From Cyanophyceae cyanobacterium (lineage in GTDB: Bacteria > Cyanobacteriota > Cyanobacteriia > Cyanobacteriales > JBHJGN01), in contig JBHJGN010000031.1 of assembly GCA_050331735.1 (NCBI GenBank), positions 32,001-96,000 on the forward strand: a stretch of DNA of 64,000 nucleotides, given 5' to 3'. Below the pieces are notes generated by a model. The model was not told the DNA's origin. It saw nothing but the letters and a program-made list of their open reading frames with translations, and did no database searches. The stretch's first letter is position 1. Every line of letters starts with the position of its first letter. Made by a program: the position numbers and the translations under genes. Positions 41,628 through 53,060 of the stretch are shown here, piece after piece.

Positions 41628-42413
41628 ATGATTCAAGAAAAGAGCCAAGTTATTTTGTCTGTTCGTAATTTGACGGCAACCGTTGAAGGACAGCCAATTT
41701 TAAAGGGTGTGAACCTAGAAGTCAAAGCGGGAGAAATTCACGCCATTATGGGGCGTAATGGTTCTGGCAAGAGTACCTTTTCCAAAATCTTAGCCGGACA
41801 CCCAAGTTACGAAGTGACTGGGGGAGAAATTGTCTATCAGGGGGAGAACATTCTAGCAAAAGAGCCGGACGAACGCGCCTTAGAAGGCATGTTTTTAGCA
41901 TTTCAGTACCCAATCGAAATTCCCGGTGTGAGCAATCTAGAGTTTCTGCGAACAGCCTACAACGCTCGTCGCCAGCACCAGGGACTAGAGGAAATGGATG
42001 CGTTTGATTTTGAAGACTTAGTGGCAGACAAGCTGGACGTTGTGAAAATGAATCCCAGTTTTCTAGAGCGCAGCCTCAATGAAGGGTTTTCCGGTGGCGA
42101 GAAAAAGCGCAACGAAATCTTGCAGATGGCTCTGCTGGAGCCGACATTAGCAATTCTAGATGAAACGGATTCTGGCTTAGATATTGACGCGCTTAAAATT
42201 GTTGCGGGCGGAGTGAATCAATTAACGACAGCCGACAACGCCACGATTCTGATAACGCACTACCAGCGCTTGCTGAACTATATAGAGCCAGACTTCGTTC
42301 ACGTGATGCAGGACGGACGTATTGCTACTAGTGGTGGTAAAGAACTCGCGCTAGAGTTGGAGAATCGAGGCTACGAATTTTTAGATGAAATTTCGGAGGT
42401 GGGCGTATCGTGA
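41628..42413 (+). CDS. sufC: Fe-S assembly ATPase SufC
   Basis: [32 protein letters not shown]. Confidence 0.97.
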   Translation: MIQEKSQVILSVRNLTATVEGQPILKGVNLEVKAGEIHAIMGRNGSGKSTFSKILAGHPSYEVTGGEIVYQGENILAKEPDERALEGMFLAFQYPIEIPGVSNLEFLRTAYNARRQHQGLEEMDAFDFEDLVADKLDVVKMNPSFLERSLNEGFSGGEKKRNEILQMALLEPTLAILDETDSGLDIDALKIVAGGVNQLTTADNATILITHYQRLLNYIEPDFVHVMQDGRIATSGGKELALELENRGYEFLDEISEVGVS

Positions 42414-43726
42414 CGACGGCTGCTGATGTTAACGCTCAAAAACCAAAAAATCTTTACCTCGAAGGCTTATTAAAGCAGTGGGAAGTGCCAGGGGGAAACG
42501 CGGAAGCGGAGTGGTTAGGAAAACTACGGCAAACGGCTGCGAATCAAGTATTGCAATCTCAGTTACCTAATCGCAGAGAGGAGGCGTGGCGCTTTACAGA
42601 TTTGTCGGAACTGTCGCAGACTGATTTTCGCGTTGCTCAGGCGGCAGCAGATATTTCAGATATTGAAGCTTGGGCACTGCCAGAAACCGCCAACAGCCGT
42701 TTGGTGTTTGTCAACGGCAGGTACAACGCTGAGCTATCCGATGTATCGGGACTACCCGCAGGAGCTTATGTTGGTTCCTTGGCTCAGTTGCCATCACCAC
42801 AGAGTGGTGAAGTTGTCAAGTATCTAGCGCGACAAGCAGGAGCGACAGAAGTTTTTACCGCTCTCAATACCTCAGCCTTAGCAGATGGGGCCGTGATTTG
42901 GGTTGAGGCGAACGTTACTGTTGAAATTCCGATCCAGCTTTTGTTTCTGTCTATTGCTTCAGACCCCACCATTTCCCAACCGCGGACGTTAGTAGTAGCG
43001 AAACGAGGAGCCAGTTTACAGCTTGTTGAGCAGTACGCTACGGTTGAGCCTGCTACCTACTTCACCAATGGAGTCACGGAAATTTGGGTAGAGGACAACG
43101 CCGAGGTGAACCACATGCGCGTTCAGCAGGAATCGACCCAGGCATATCATATTGCGAAAAGCGCGATCGCCCAAGCCCGCGACAGTCGCTATACCTGTAC
43201 CGATATCAACCTCGGGGGCAAGCTCTCCCGACACAACCTAGAAATCTACCAAACCGGAGAACAGACGGAAACGCAGCTTAACGGGCTGACGGTGGTCAGC
43301 GGCAAACAGCTTGCAGATACCCACAGCCTGATTTCCCTGACAAAGCCTTACGGCAGTACCGCTCAGCTTCATAAATGTATCGTGGGCGATCGCGCTCACA
43401 CCGTTTTCAATGGTAAGGTGCTGGTTCCCCAGGCAGCTCAGTTGACCAACGCTGCCCAGCTCAATCAAAACCTGCTGCTGTCGCCGAAGGCTCGCGTTGA
43501 TACGAAGCCAGAGCTGCAAATTACCGCCGATAATGTTAAATGCTCTCATGGCGCTACGGTTAGTCAGCTCGAGCCGGACGAACTGTTTTATCTCCAGAGC
43601 CGAGGCTTGAGTGAATCAGCCGCCCGGACGCTGCTGGTTGATGCCTTCGCTGCCGAAATTTTAGAGCGCATTCCCCTTCAATCTCTTCGCACTAAGCTCA
43701 CTCTTGCCGTTGGCTCTGCACAGTAG
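42410..43726 (+). CDS. sufD: Fe-S assembly protein SufD
   Basis: [32 protein letters not shown]. Confidence 0.96.
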   Translation: MTTAADVNAQKPKNLYLEGLLKQWEVPGGNAEAEWLGKLRQTAANQVLQSQLPNRREEAWRFTDLSELSQTDFRVAQAAADISDIEAWALPETANSRLVFVNGRYNAELSDVSGLPAGAYVGSLAQLPSPQSGEVVKYLARQAGATEVFTALNTSALADGAVIWVEANVTVEIPIQLLFLSIASDPTISQPRTLVVAKRGASLQLVEQYATVEPATYFTNGVTEIWVEDNAEVNHMRVQQESTQAYHIAKSAIAQARDSRYTCTDINLGGKLSRHNLEIYQTGEQTETQLNGLTVVSGKQLADTHSLISLTKPYGSTAQLHKCIVGDRAHTVFNGKVLVPQAAQLTNAAQLNQNLLLSPKARVDTKPELQITADNVKCSHGATVSQLEPDELFYLQSRGLSESAARTLLVDAFAAEILERIPLQSLRTKLTLAVGSAQ

Positions 43727-43747
43727 TTACTTAGCCTTTATTCAATT

Positions 43748-45004
43748 ATGTTTACTCAAGAAAAAGCGCTCGCCGAGCAAGTCCGCTCCGACTTTCCCAT
43801 TCTGCACCAAGATGTGCAGGAGAAGCCCCTAATTTACCTAGACAACGCGGCAACTTCCCAGAAGCCCCAAGCCGTTCTCGATGCTTTGTGTCACTACTAC
43901 GAGGCGGATAACGCCAACGTCCATCGGGGAGCGCATACTCTCAGCGTCAGAGCTACCGAGGCGTATGAACAAGCCAGAGATAAGGTAGCCAAGTTTGTCA
44001 ATGCAGCTTCGCGCAACGAAATTGTGTTTACCCGCAACGCCACCGAAGCGATTAATTTAGTGGCCTATAGCTGGGCGCTCAATCATTTACAGCCCGGAGA
44101 TGAAATCATCCTCACGGTGATGGAACACCACAGCAACATGGTTCCCTGGCAGATTATTGCCCAGAAAACCGGAGCCACAATCAAATATGTGGGCTTAACC
44201 GAGACAGAAGAGTTCGATCTAGAACACTATCGCTCCCTGCTGTCTGAGCGGACCAAGCTGGTGGCGGTGGTCCACGTTTCTAATACCCTAGGCTGCATTA
44301 ACCCCGTTGAGGAGATTGTCGCCTTGGCCCATCAACACGGCGCGAAAATTCTCGTCGATGCCTGCCAGAGCGTTCCCCACATGAGCGTTGACGTGCAGGC
44401 AATCGGCTGCGACTGGCTGGTAGCCAGCGGACATAAGATGTGCGCCCCGACAGGCATTGGCTTCCTATACGGGAAGCAAGACGTTTTAGAAGCAATGCCC
44501 CCGTTTCTGGGCGGCGGTGAAATGATTTCCGAAGTTTCTCTCGACGGCTTCACCACGGGCGAACTGCCCCACAAATTTGAAGCCGGGACTCCCGCCATTG
44601 CGGAGGCGATCGCTCTTGGCGCGGCGGTAGACTACTTGAGCCGTATCGGCATGGAGCAAATCCATGCCTACGAAGAAGAATTAACGGCTTATCTATTCGA
44701 TCAGCTCAAACAAGTGCCGAAGCTAAGAATTTATGGTCCTCAACCAACGGCTGACGGCAAGGGGAGAGTGGCTTTGGCCTCGTTTAACGTCGAGGGACTG
44801 CACGCCAGCGATGTGTCTACGCTCCTCGATCATGAAGGAGTTGCCGTTCGCTCTGGGCATCACTGCACCCAACCCCTGCATCACCTCCTGGGAGCTTCCG
44901 GTAGCGCGAGAGCCAGCCTCTACCTTTACAACACCCGCGCAGATATTGACGCGTTTGTGGCAGCGCTGACAGAAACGATCAACTTCTTTAGCGGGATGAT
45001 GTAG
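43748..45004 (+). CDS. sufS: Cysteine desulfurase SufS
   Basis: [15 protein letters not shown] (PLP Lys), RSGHHC. Confidence 0.97.
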   Translation: MFTQEKALAEQVRSDFPILHQDVQEKPLIYLDNAATSQKPQAVLDALCHYYEADNANVHRGAHTLSVRATEAYEQARDKVAKFVNAASRNEIVFTRNATEAINLVAYSWALNHLQPGDEIILTVMEHHSNMVPWQIIAQKTGATIKYVGLTETEEFDLEHYRSLLSERTKLVAVVHVSNTLGCINPVEEIVALAHQHGAKILVDACQSVPHMSVDVQAIGCDWLVASGHKMCAPTGIGFLYGKQDVLEAMPPFLGGGEMISEVSLDGFTTGELPHKFEAGTPAIAEAIALGAAVDYLSRIGMEQIHAYEEELTAYLFDQLKQVPKLRIYGPQPTADGKGRVALASFNVEGLHASDVSTLLDHEGVAVRSGHHCTQPLHHLLGASGSARASLYLYNTRADIDAFVAALTETINFFSGMM

Positions 45005-45067
45005 CAGGGGCCTTGCTGGAGTGGTAATGGTTAGGGCGAATGTATGTTAGTTGTTAATCTTTAACTG

Positions 45068-46996
45068 TTATCTTTCTGTAGGCCAAGCGGTCTGAAGCTG
45101 AAGATAATGCTCAAATCGCTCCTGGAGCTGTTCGTTAGTAAGGTCTTGGGTCCAGTATTCCACTAATGCACGACCAAACGCCCAGGCATTGTGGTCTGGT
45201 GCGCCTGAATTGAATCGCAGCAAAGACCAAAGCGAGAGCAAATCGAAGCTTTGAGATGATTCTAGAGTGGCCTCATCGTTGGTGAGAGTGGAGTCTTTAG
45301 CGAGCAGCGAGAAGAGCTCGTAAGCCATCTGTAGCTTGCCGATCACGAGCGGTAGCTGTTCGACGGGAATCTGTTCGGCTAGCAGACGGGCCAGAGCAGG
45401 CGATCCGGTGGAAAAGGTAGCAATGAATTGTAGAACTGGGCTTTTGAGGAGGGTGGCAACTCCTTGAGTGGTCGTCATCTGGAAGGTGTAGCGGTCAATA
45501 ATTTCAGTAGCGGCAACGGTGCGGGCTTCGCGATCGCTCAAAAAGCGAGCTAGCCGAAGCTGTTTTGCCGGGTCAATTTGCTCCATGAGGGCTAACGATA
45601 AGGCATCAATGCCCCAGGCGGAGCGCGAGTGGAAATCGCTCGTCACTACGGGCAACACCTGCTCGCAAAACTCGCCCAATTGCTCAGTGCGGTACTGCAC
45701 CGCTTCCCGAATCGCCACCTCTTTGCGGCGATCGCCTCCTTGCCAATTGTAGGGAGGCTCCCACTCGCGCACAGGACGCAAACGATCAACCTGAGTGACA
45801 ACGGCGATCGCCCGACAGTCCGTTGCCGAACGCATATCTTTAAGGAAATCCACATCCATTTGCAGGGCCGGATCGAGAGCCGGAGTCACGAGGAGCAGCA
45901 GATCGGCGTGTCTGCCATAGTCGAGCACTAGCTCTCGGAGTTCAGGACGATTGACCTGTTCGTATCCCGGCGTATCCCACAAAGAAAGAGCTTCCTGCGT
46001 TTGGGTTTCCCAGCGATAGTGTCGCAGGCGATCGGTACTAGGCAAAACGTCCACTTCAGCTTGCTCTGCCTGAAAGAGACTGTTAATTAGACTACTTTTT
46101 CCCGCTCCCGTTCGCCCTACTAGCAAAATCCGCACCGGCTGCTGCTCCACCACCTCAACAGGTTCCGCTTGCTCCAGCAGCTCGCGAATAGTTTGAGTTT
46201 TGGCTTTCGGGACGGGGGAGGAAGCCTCTAGCGCGGGAGCCGTCGTGCCGCTGTAAAGAGCGATCGCCTGTTGAGCGAGGTTCCTTAAAGCCGCTTCCCG
46301 CAGCAGTTGACTAAAGTTGGCTAGGAGCTGCTGATTCGCTTGCTGACTGTAGCCAAGGCTTACCTGTTTCGCCACCGCCGCCGCTGGATTAACGAGCCAC
46401 TGCGCCCAGTTCCAGACCCGCAGAAGCGTCCGCGCCGATGGCTCTAGCTTGCGGTAAACTTCGTAGGCTTGATACGCTTGCCCCACCGTGACCTGATTGA
46501 GCGCGGGAGAAAGCTGCTGCATCCAGCGATCAAGGTCGTCCACTGTGCCCCTAATCAGCACGTAGGCTTGGGGAATATGAATATTCAGCAGCGGATATTT
46601 CACTTCCGGATGGTACAAGTGAGCGATCGTCCCCACTAGCTCTTGACAGCGCTGCCAAAACGTGGGCCAGTCTTCCCAGAACGGCAAATCGTTTCTCGTT
46701 GCTTCTATAACCTGCTGAAGCACTGCTTCTGCCTGCTGAGAGTGCTCTGCTGGGAAGGACGATACCGCTTGTTGATTGACACCTGCCATGACCGCTTCCA
46801 TTTCCTCCACGGCAGGGCGAGTCCAGCGCACCAGCAGCCAGCGCCAGCCCACAAAAATCAGAACCACAACTGCCCAGATCCAGTTGATCCCCCACTCGTG
46901 AATTTGCCATCCTGCTGCCACCAGTAAAAAACCGACAACGGAGGCGAGTGGTAAAGCTAATACAACCCACTGCCAAGGCTTAAATCGCACCATCAC
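45068..46996 (-). CDS. Membrane-anchored GTPase family protein (MMR_HSR1-type G domain)
   Basis: Two N-terminal TMs; GRTGAGKSS, DTPG, TQVD. Confidence 0.85.
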   Translation of the reverse strand: MMVRFKPWQWVVLALPLASVVGFLLVAAGWQIHEWGINWIWAVVVLIFVGWRWLLVRWTRPAVEEMEAVMAGVNQQAVSSFPAEHSQQAEAVLQQVIEATRNDLPFWEDWPTFWQRCQELVGTIAHLYHPEVKYPLLNIHIPQAYVLIRGTVDDLDRWMQQLSPALNQVTVGQAYQAYEVYRKLEPSARTLLRVWNWAQWLVNPAAAVAKQVSLGYSQQANQQLLANFSQLLREAALRNLAQQAIALYSGTTAPALEASSPVPKAKTQTIRELLEQAEPVEVVEQQPVRILLVGRTGAGKSSLINSLFQAEQAEVDVLPSTDRLRHYRWETQTQEALSLWDTPGYEQVNRPELRELVLDYGRHADLLLLVTPALDPALQMDVDFLKDMRSATDCRAIAVVTQVDRLRPVREWEPPYNWQGGDRRKEVAIREAVQYRTEQLGEFCEQVLPVVTSDFHSRSAWGIDALSLALMEQIDPAKQLRLARFLSDREARTVAATEIIDRYTFQMTTTQGVATLLKSPVLQFIATFSTGSPALARLLAEQIPVEQLPLVIGKLQMAYELFSLLAKDSTLTNDEATLESSQSFDLLSLWSLLRFNSGAPDHNAWAFGRALVEYWTQDLTNEQLQERFEHYLQLQTAWPTER

Positions 46997-47115
46997 AGCT
47001 TCAGAACCTCGCCACGGTTAACCAGCAAAAAGTTTTTTGGGTGATGTTGAGCGAGACCGGACTTAACCCTTTTCCCTTTCCCCTTTGCTCGTTACTCAAT
47101 CTCACACCAGTCAAT

Positions 47116-47844
47116 TTAGTCTTCATCTCCATTAATTCCTAATGCGCGTAGGCGCTCTGCCAGACGATCTGCCCGCGCCCTCTCTTGGTTAGCTCTAGAT
47201 TCTTCCTGAATAGCTCTTTCGGCTCCAGTCGGAATGACCTGACCGTTCTGACGACACCAGCGTAACCATTCTCCTGGTTGCTGCTCAAACTCTCCCTCCC
47301 AAACCGTCAATCCTAATCCAACTCTTTCTAACCAAAATGGCAACGATAGCGGTACGTATTGACCACCGGACAACTCCCACACTAGAAGAATTTCGCCATT
47401 CATCTGCTCAACTTCCTGAAGCTGCCGCAGTGGATCAAAGACAGCGTAGTAAGCGATGCCAATCTGGGCATATAGCGCCTTCTTTTCGCCTAATTCCTCG
47501 CCTTTGCGGTTCGAGACAATTTCGATGCAGACTTCAGGGACTTTCCCCAATTCCCAGACAAAATAAGAGCGGTTTTTCTTCTGGCTCCAGTCTTGGGGCA
47601 TCTGCACTCCCAAGCTCAGCATGGCATCGGGAACAATGGGGTCTTCTTTAAGGGCATAGAACAAGCCTACGTTAGCAGCGGCGATAAAAGAGGAATCTGG
47701 TGTCCAAGAGCTATAGAGGGGTTCAACAAGGAGCCGCTGCTGTTTTTCAGATTGAAAATTATCCACTGGGGTATCGTCTTCAGTGACGATGTGGCTAATG
47801 TCGGGGTTTATGAGTGCGTCTGAATCAATGAGGGGCTGAGACAT
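47116..47844 (-). CDS. Uma2 (DUF820) family protein
   Basis: TEDDTPVDN, VPD...EIVS, FDP; C-terminal RA.RLAERLRALG. Confidence 0.9.
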   Translation of the reverse strand: MSQPLIDSDALINPDISHIVTEDDTPVDNFQSEKQQRLLVEPLYSSWTPDSSFIAAANVGLFYALKEDPIVPDAMLSLGVQMPQDWSQKKNRSYFVWELGKVPEVCIEIVSNRKGEELGEKKALYAQIGIAYYAVFDPLRQLQEVEQMNGEILLVWELSGGQYVPLSLPFWLERVGLGLTVWEGEFEQQPGEWLRWCRQNGQVIPTGAERAIQEESRANQERARADRLAERLRALGINGDED

Positions 47845-47896
47845 TGGGAGATACGGGCGCTCTTTTTTTTATGCTACTGCAAAAGATTAGTCGCTC

Positions 47897-48030
47897 CGGG
47901 ACGGGGAAAGGGTCAAGGGAAATCTGTCCGGTGCGGGATGGGGAAAAGAACACAGAAGCGAGGAATAGGCTGAGTCCGCCTCCCCTTCCCCTTTTCCCTG
48001 CGCCGGTGGCGCTTCCCCTTTTCCCGCGCC
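47897..48030. repeat. Purine/pyrimidine repeat arms (GGGGAAA family) forming an imperfect inverted repeat
   Basis: Left: gggacggggaaagg and gggatggggaaaag; right: cttccccttttccc(t)gcgcc twice. Confidence 0.6.
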
Positions 48031-48037
48031 CTAGGCG

Positions 48038-48397
48038 CTACTCCTCAATTAATACCGTCACCGCCGCCACCGCTATGAGCATTTCGTCGTTCTTATCGTT
48101 GAGCTGAGGAATGGCTCGTCCCTGAACGACCATTCCCCCGGATTCTACTTGGAGGGTTTTGCGACCGAAAGGCAGGACGGCTAATACTTCTGCTTCGTTA
48201 ACCTTCTCTGGATAGGGAACCGCTACCTGTACCTCTACAATCATGGCATCGGGATCGCTTAATCCGGCGACTTCCCATACTCCCGGCAAGGCGTTGTGGG
48301 CGATCGCATTTCTGACTGCCCTCGCCGCTGCCACGGTGGGTTCCTGTCCGTGCTGATCGACTCCCATCCCCATTTCAATAATTAAGCGCTTGCGCAT
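48038..48397 (-). CDS. Lin0512 family protein
   Basis: IEMGMGVD.HGQ..T.AA..AV.NAI.HN, LPFG, GG. Confidence 0.88.
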   Translation of the reverse strand: MRKRLIIEMGMGVDQHGQEPTVAAARAVRNAIAHNALPGVWEVAGLSDPDAMIVEVQVAVPYPEKVNEAEVLAVLPFGRKTLQVESGGMVVQGRAIPQLNDKNDEMLIAVAAVTVLIEE

Positions 48398-48602
48398 AAG
48401 CTGATTAGCGAGTGTTTAAATAACTAGCAGATAAGCAGAATCCTGTTGAAAAGACAACAAGAGAAATAGTTGGCAGCCAACTTCTATTCATGGCCTTGCT
48501 GCCCATCGTCATGATTACCTAGACCAAACCCGTTCAAAAATGACAATCAACCGTCAACCATCAACAATTATCCCACCCAATGATCACCGCTCCAGCAACG
48601 CC

Positions 48603-49466
48603 CTATTCATCAACGCTGAGCTGAAGCAGCGCAATCTGTTTGCAGATACTTTCTACGGCTAGGGTGAGCGATCGCATTAATTCTGACTCTTCACCGTATT
48701 CAGCCGGGGCTAGATTAACCACGCGCTGGTTCGCGCTGACCTTTTCCTGATATTCCCACTCCTGGGCTTTCCCATCTTTGTAAACCCCGATAGCGATTCC
48801 TTGATGTTCGTTCAGGATCGAGAAACAGGGAATATCCGAGGCTCCGTCCCCAACGTAGATCATCTGCGTTAAGGGAACGTGCAGCTCCTCAGCGGGAAGA
48901 TTGCGGTACACAAACAGCAAACCTTCTTCATCCTGTCCTTCAATGCCTTTAGAAATGGAGAAAAGATAGCGGGTTTTCTCTGTATGAGTGACAAATTTTT
49001 TTAAAAACTTAATTTCTCCGTCTTCAGCGTAATGAAAATCGCAGCCCCAAATCTTTTTGAAGTGGTGAGCAATCGACGTATGACGGGCAATTTCGGCAAT
49101 ACCGCCAGTAATTAAGTAAAAATCAACTTCGACCTCTGGAACTAACTGACAAGCATGCTGCCGCAGGCGTTCAAACATCTCCGGTACGCCAGCAAAGGGC
49201 TGTAAGTTCCTGCCGAGGTTAGCAAGACTTGCTTGAGTAATTTTGTCTTGGTCGCGCTGCTGCGATTCTTCGATTAGGCAATAAAATCTGGCCGGAATTT
49301 TGTCCCAGCCGTCTTCGAGGAGAGGCTTCACTCGTTCAGAACGAAACGCCGCCGCATCCAAACCGTGATGTTCTAGCAGCGTATCGAAAGTATCGGGGAC
49401 CAAAGTATCATCGAAGTCGAAGACGATGGCAATGCGGTTAGAAAGGGGTTTAGTGGCTGTTGTCAT
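48603..49466 (-). CDS. HAD-like hydrolase
   Basis: DFDDTL motif I; GDG.SD motif IV. Confidence 0.88.
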   Translation of the reverse strand: MTTATKPLSNRIAIVFDFDDTLVPDTFDTLLEHHGLDAAAFRSERVKPLLEDGWDKIPARFYCLIEESQQRDQDKITQASLANLGRNLQPFAGVPEMFERLRQHACQLVPEVEVDFYLITGGIAEIARHTSIAHHFKKIWGCDFHYAEDGEIKFLKKFVTHTEKTRYLFSISKGIEGQDEEGLLFVYRNLPAEELHVPLTQMIYVGDGASDIPCFSILNEHQGIAIGVYKDGKAQEWEYQEKVSANQRVVNLAPAEYGEESELMRSLTLAVESICKQIALLQLSVDE

Positions 49467-49495
49467 ATCACAAGTGAGCGAGATTCAAAATACCG

Positions 49496-50212
49496 TTATA
49501 GACGCTGAAAGTCGTTGAAGTCTAATCGAATATCAGCCGTTGGCTTGTCCGCGGGGTTGCCCTTATCGGTATAGCGGATCTCGCGGGAAGAGAGAATGTA
49601 GTAGCGACTAACTTTTTGATGATCGTCTCTAACGTCCTCAATTTGCAGAACCTCACCTTTTGGGGTGCGGTAAGTCGTTTGGAAGTGTAATACCAGGTAG
49701 CCTTGAGGTGTTTTTGTAGTGCCCAGAGTATCAACCGTCACGGAAACATCTCCGAAAGTGCGGTTCACCTGGGTAATGGTGTTGTTGTCAACCTCATAAA
49801 CGTCTACGCTATTGCCGACTTCTCGAATTCGGCTGCCGCTATTGCTGCTTCCGACTAGCTCAAAGCGATTCTGTCCGTGAATCTGCTCAAAGGCCAGGCG
49901 GCGGCGGTGAATGGCTTCCATTTTCAGTTGGTTCTCAACTAGTTGGCGGGTGTCGTCGTCGCTAATGTTGAATACCTCTACGCTGAGATCGGGCTTGACT
50001 TCTACAATTCCCTGAGCGAGATTTCCTTCATGATTAACAGAAACCTCCGCTCGATAGCCGGGAAACTGTTCGTCCCAGGTATAGCGGTTTTCGTAAGCCG
50101 TTTGAAAGAGGGTTTGAGCAGATTGAGCTAGTGCAACAGGAATCGGGGTGAAGCAGGCGATCGCCAGCAGCAAGCTTAACCCCCAAAAAATTCGACGCGA
50201 TCGTTTCATCAT
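49496..50212 (-). CDS. DUF3386 family protein with signal peptide
   Basis: LF..AYENRYTWD..FPGY, IHR....F...HG; N-terminal signal ending ALA. Confidence 0.82.
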   Translation of the reverse strand: MMKRSRRIFWGLSLLLAIACFTPIPVALAQSAQTLFQTAYENRYTWDEQFPGYRAEVSVNHEGNLAQGIVEVKPDLSVEVFNISDDDTRQLVENQLKMEAIHRRRLAFEQIHGQNRFELVGSSNSGSRIREVGNSVDVYEVDNNTITQVNRTFGDVSVTVDTLGTTKTPQGYLVLHFQTTYRTPKGEVLQIEDVRDDHQKVSRYYILSSREIRYTDKGNPADKPTADIRLDFNDFQRL

Positions 50213-50305
50213 TTATCTTTACAAGCAAAATACTGTAAGGTAGGCAGTACCCATCCAGGCACAGACAAGTCACCCTACTCCTTATTATCTACCACAATAC
50301 TCGCC

Positions 50306-52030
50306 TTGAAATCCCGTAGCTACTGGCAGCTTCTTCCCTATATCCGCCCCCAAAGAGCCACCATTGCTCAGGCACTTGCCTGTACGTTAGCTTTTACCAG
50401 CTTCTGGCCCATCCTAGCCCGGATGGCAGGACGGATGGCCGCGTATATTGGGCAGGGAAACGTAGATAAACTGGCTCAGTTAGCCGGAGTCGCGGTAGCG
50501 GTCTTTTTGATGCGAGGGGTTGCCCAGTACGGGCAGGATTCCCTGATGGCCAAGGCGGCTTTAAACATTGCTTTAGAGCTGCGCACGACCGTTTATGCTC
50601 ATCTTCAAAAGCTCAGCCTCAACTATTTTGAAGGAGCTAAAACGGGCGATCTTTCCTATCGCTTAACCGAAGATGTGGATCGGGTTGGGGAAGTCATTAA
50701 CAAGTTTTTCCACGATTTTACTCCCTGTATTCTCCAGTTTGTGGTCGTGCTGGGGTATATGGTGTATCTCAACTGGCAGCTTACGATTGCCGTTTTTATT
50801 GTTGCCCCGTTGATGGCGCTGCTGATTGGAGCCTTTGGGGAACAATTGTTGAAGTTTTCTCGCCGCAGCCAACGTCGGATCTCCAACCTGTCTTCTCTCC
50901 TAACCGAAGTTTTTAGCGGCATTCGCTTGATCCAGGCGTTTGCCGCCGAGGACTATGAGATGAGTCGCTTTGTTCGCGAAGCCGAACAGAATCGACAGGC
51001 CAAGTATTTAGCTGAGAAGGTGAAAGCGCTTCAGTTTGTCGTGGTTGGTTTCTTCTACGCGATGAGCGTGGTGTTTCTTTTTCTGCTGGGGGGATGGCAA
51101 ATCTCTCAAGACAACCTGACGGGCATTGAGTTTATTAGCTATGTCGTTGCCGTCGCCATGCTCATCGATCCCATCGCCCACATCACCGATAACTACAATC
51201 AGTTTAAGCAGGGAGAAGCGTCGGTCGAGCGAGTCTTTGAACTAATGGCGCTCAAGCCCACGATTGAAGAACGCAAGGATGCGATCGCTCTTCCTCCGAC
51301 GACGGGCAAAGTAGAATATCGCTCTGTCCGTTTTTCCTATCAGCCAGGGCAACCAGTGCTCAAAGACATCAGCTTTCTGGCTTACCCAGGAGACACCATT
51401 GCTTTAGTCGGGGCATCTGGGGCAGGCAAAACAACAATTGTGAATCTACTGCCGCGTTTCTACAATCTTGACAGCGGTCAAATTTTGCTCGATAGCGTAG
51501 CGATTGAGGACGTGACTTTAAAGAGTTTGCGTCGCCAGATTGGGATTGTCCCTCAGGAAACGGTTCTGTTTTCAGGAACGATCGCCCAAAATATCGCTTT
51601 TGGTCAGGAGCGCTTTGCTATCGAGGACGTTGAAGAGGCGGCCCGGGTCGCTAACGCCCATCAGTTCATCGTGGAGTTTCCTCAAGGCTATCACACCTAC
51701 GTTGGCGAGCGAGGAGTGAAACTATCAGGCGGACAGAGACAGCGGATTGCCATTGCCCGTGCCGTGTTGCTCAACCCCAAAATTCTCATTCTTGATGAAG
51801 CGACTTCGGCGTTAGATTCTGAGTCGGAAACTCTAGTGCAGCAGGCCCTAGAACGGGTAATGAAAGAGCGCACCGTCTTTGTCATTGCTCACCGCTTGGC
51901 GACAGTCCGCCGCGCCAGCCGCATCCTCGTCCTCGAACACGGGCAAATTATTGAATCCGGTACCCACCAGCAATTGATGACGCAGGGGGGACGCTATGCT
52001 CGCTTCCACGCCCAGCAGTTCTCTGGATAG
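50306..52030 (+). CDS. ABC exporter, fused TMD-NBD (MsbA-like)
   Basis: GASGAGKTT, LSGGQRQR, LDEATSALD, IAHRL. Confidence 0.93.
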   Translation: MKSRSYWQLLPYIRPQRATIAQALACTLAFTSFWPILARMAGRMAAYIGQGNVDKLAQLAGVAVAVFLMRGVAQYGQDSLMAKAALNIALELRTTVYAHLQKLSLNYFEGAKTGDLSYRLTEDVDRVGEVINKFFHDFTPCILQFVVVLGYMVYLNWQLTIAVFIVAPLMALLIGAFGEQLLKFSRRSQRRISNLSSLLTEVFSGIRLIQAFAAEDYEMSRFVREAEQNRQAKYLAEKVKALQFVVVGFFYAMSVVFLFLLGGWQISQDNLTGIEFISYVVAVAMLIDPIAHITDNYNQFKQGEASVERVFELMALKPTIEERKDAIALPPTTGKVEYRSVRFSYQPGQPVLKDISFLAYPGDTIALVGASGAGKTTIVNLLPRFYNLDSGQILLDSVAIEDVTLKSLRRQIGIVPQETVLFSGTIAQNIAFGQERFAIEDVEEAARVANAHQFIVEFPQGYHTYVGERGVKLSGGQRQRIAIARAVLLNPKILILDEATSALDSESETLVQQALERVMKERTVFVIAHRLATVRRASRILVLEHGQIIESGTHQQLMTQGGRYARFHAQQFSG

Positions 52031-52844
52031 AGCGATCGCCTTTCTTGGTGCAAAACTCTTAGGAAATAGCGATCGAGTTAATAGGCAGAAAAGATGCTGG
52101 CTTCTTCCAATTACCGTTTTTCGTTGCTTTCCCAAAGGGGGCACCTCGACTAACGTCTTCACCATCGTTGCATCGTTCACTTATGATAGTCAAGGAGATG
52201 AGCGAGAAAACGCTGAAAAAATAGGTCGGTTGTTTTCTGTGTTCTTGTTTTGGGAACTATGAGGCTGTAGCTTGATAAATCCGTACACGATGCTCGAAGC
52301 TTTACCAGTATCCCAACTGCTTGATGGAATTGTTGCTGTTAAAATTCAAGGGTTTGGCTTTCTTCCCTCTGCTCAACCAGTAGCTGAAGATTATAGAAGG
52401 CACTGTAACTTTGCAGACGAAGCCATACTCTTTATTATTGCCTGCAACACCGCTTATCCTACTAGAACAGGTTTTATGACCGGGTTAAATGGTGTAGCTG
52501 CTTTACCATTCGCAAATCTTTCCTCCTTCAAAAAGTAATTATTAAAATTAGTTACTTTTTCTCCATTAAAGTGACCTTTGAGCATTGAAGACTACTTCTG
52601 TATGACGACATCGGTGATTTGCATCAAAAACATACTATTTTTTATTTTTTAAATTACCGTTTTGTTCGTGCTCCTAAAAAAGGAGTATATAAGAGTGAAT
52701 AATGCTTGAAGCTTCCATAAACTTTTATTCAAGAATCTGTAAACTAGATAAAAATGTACAGGTAATTACCTAAAATTATTGTTATTCTAAATATTGAAAA
52801 ACTGAGAAAGTCAGTCTCAGCTTAGTTCCTACTTGTTTTAATTA

Positions 52845-53060
52845 ATGACTAATTCTCCTAAAAATCAGCCAGAACTAGAAAGTGGTTTGCTAAAGTTAAC
52901 CAAGCAAGAGTTCTTTGCTGGTCTGGCGTTAGCTGGATTAGCAAGTAACCCTTTAGCCTTTGAGTATAGTTCTGGAGACTATGCAGCCAGAGCCATAGAA
53001 ATGGCCAATGAAATGTTGAAACAGCTCAGTAACCAAGACTCAAAAGAAAAATACGAATGA
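52845..53060 (+). CDS. Small hypothetical protein (71 aa)
   Basis: ATG after an AT-rich leader; LTK.EFFA..AL.GL.SN...A..A...A..ML pattern. Confidence 0.6.
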   Translation: MTNSPKNQPELESGLLKLTKQEFFAGLALAGLASNPLAFEYSSGDYAARAIEMANEMLKQLSNQDSKEKYE

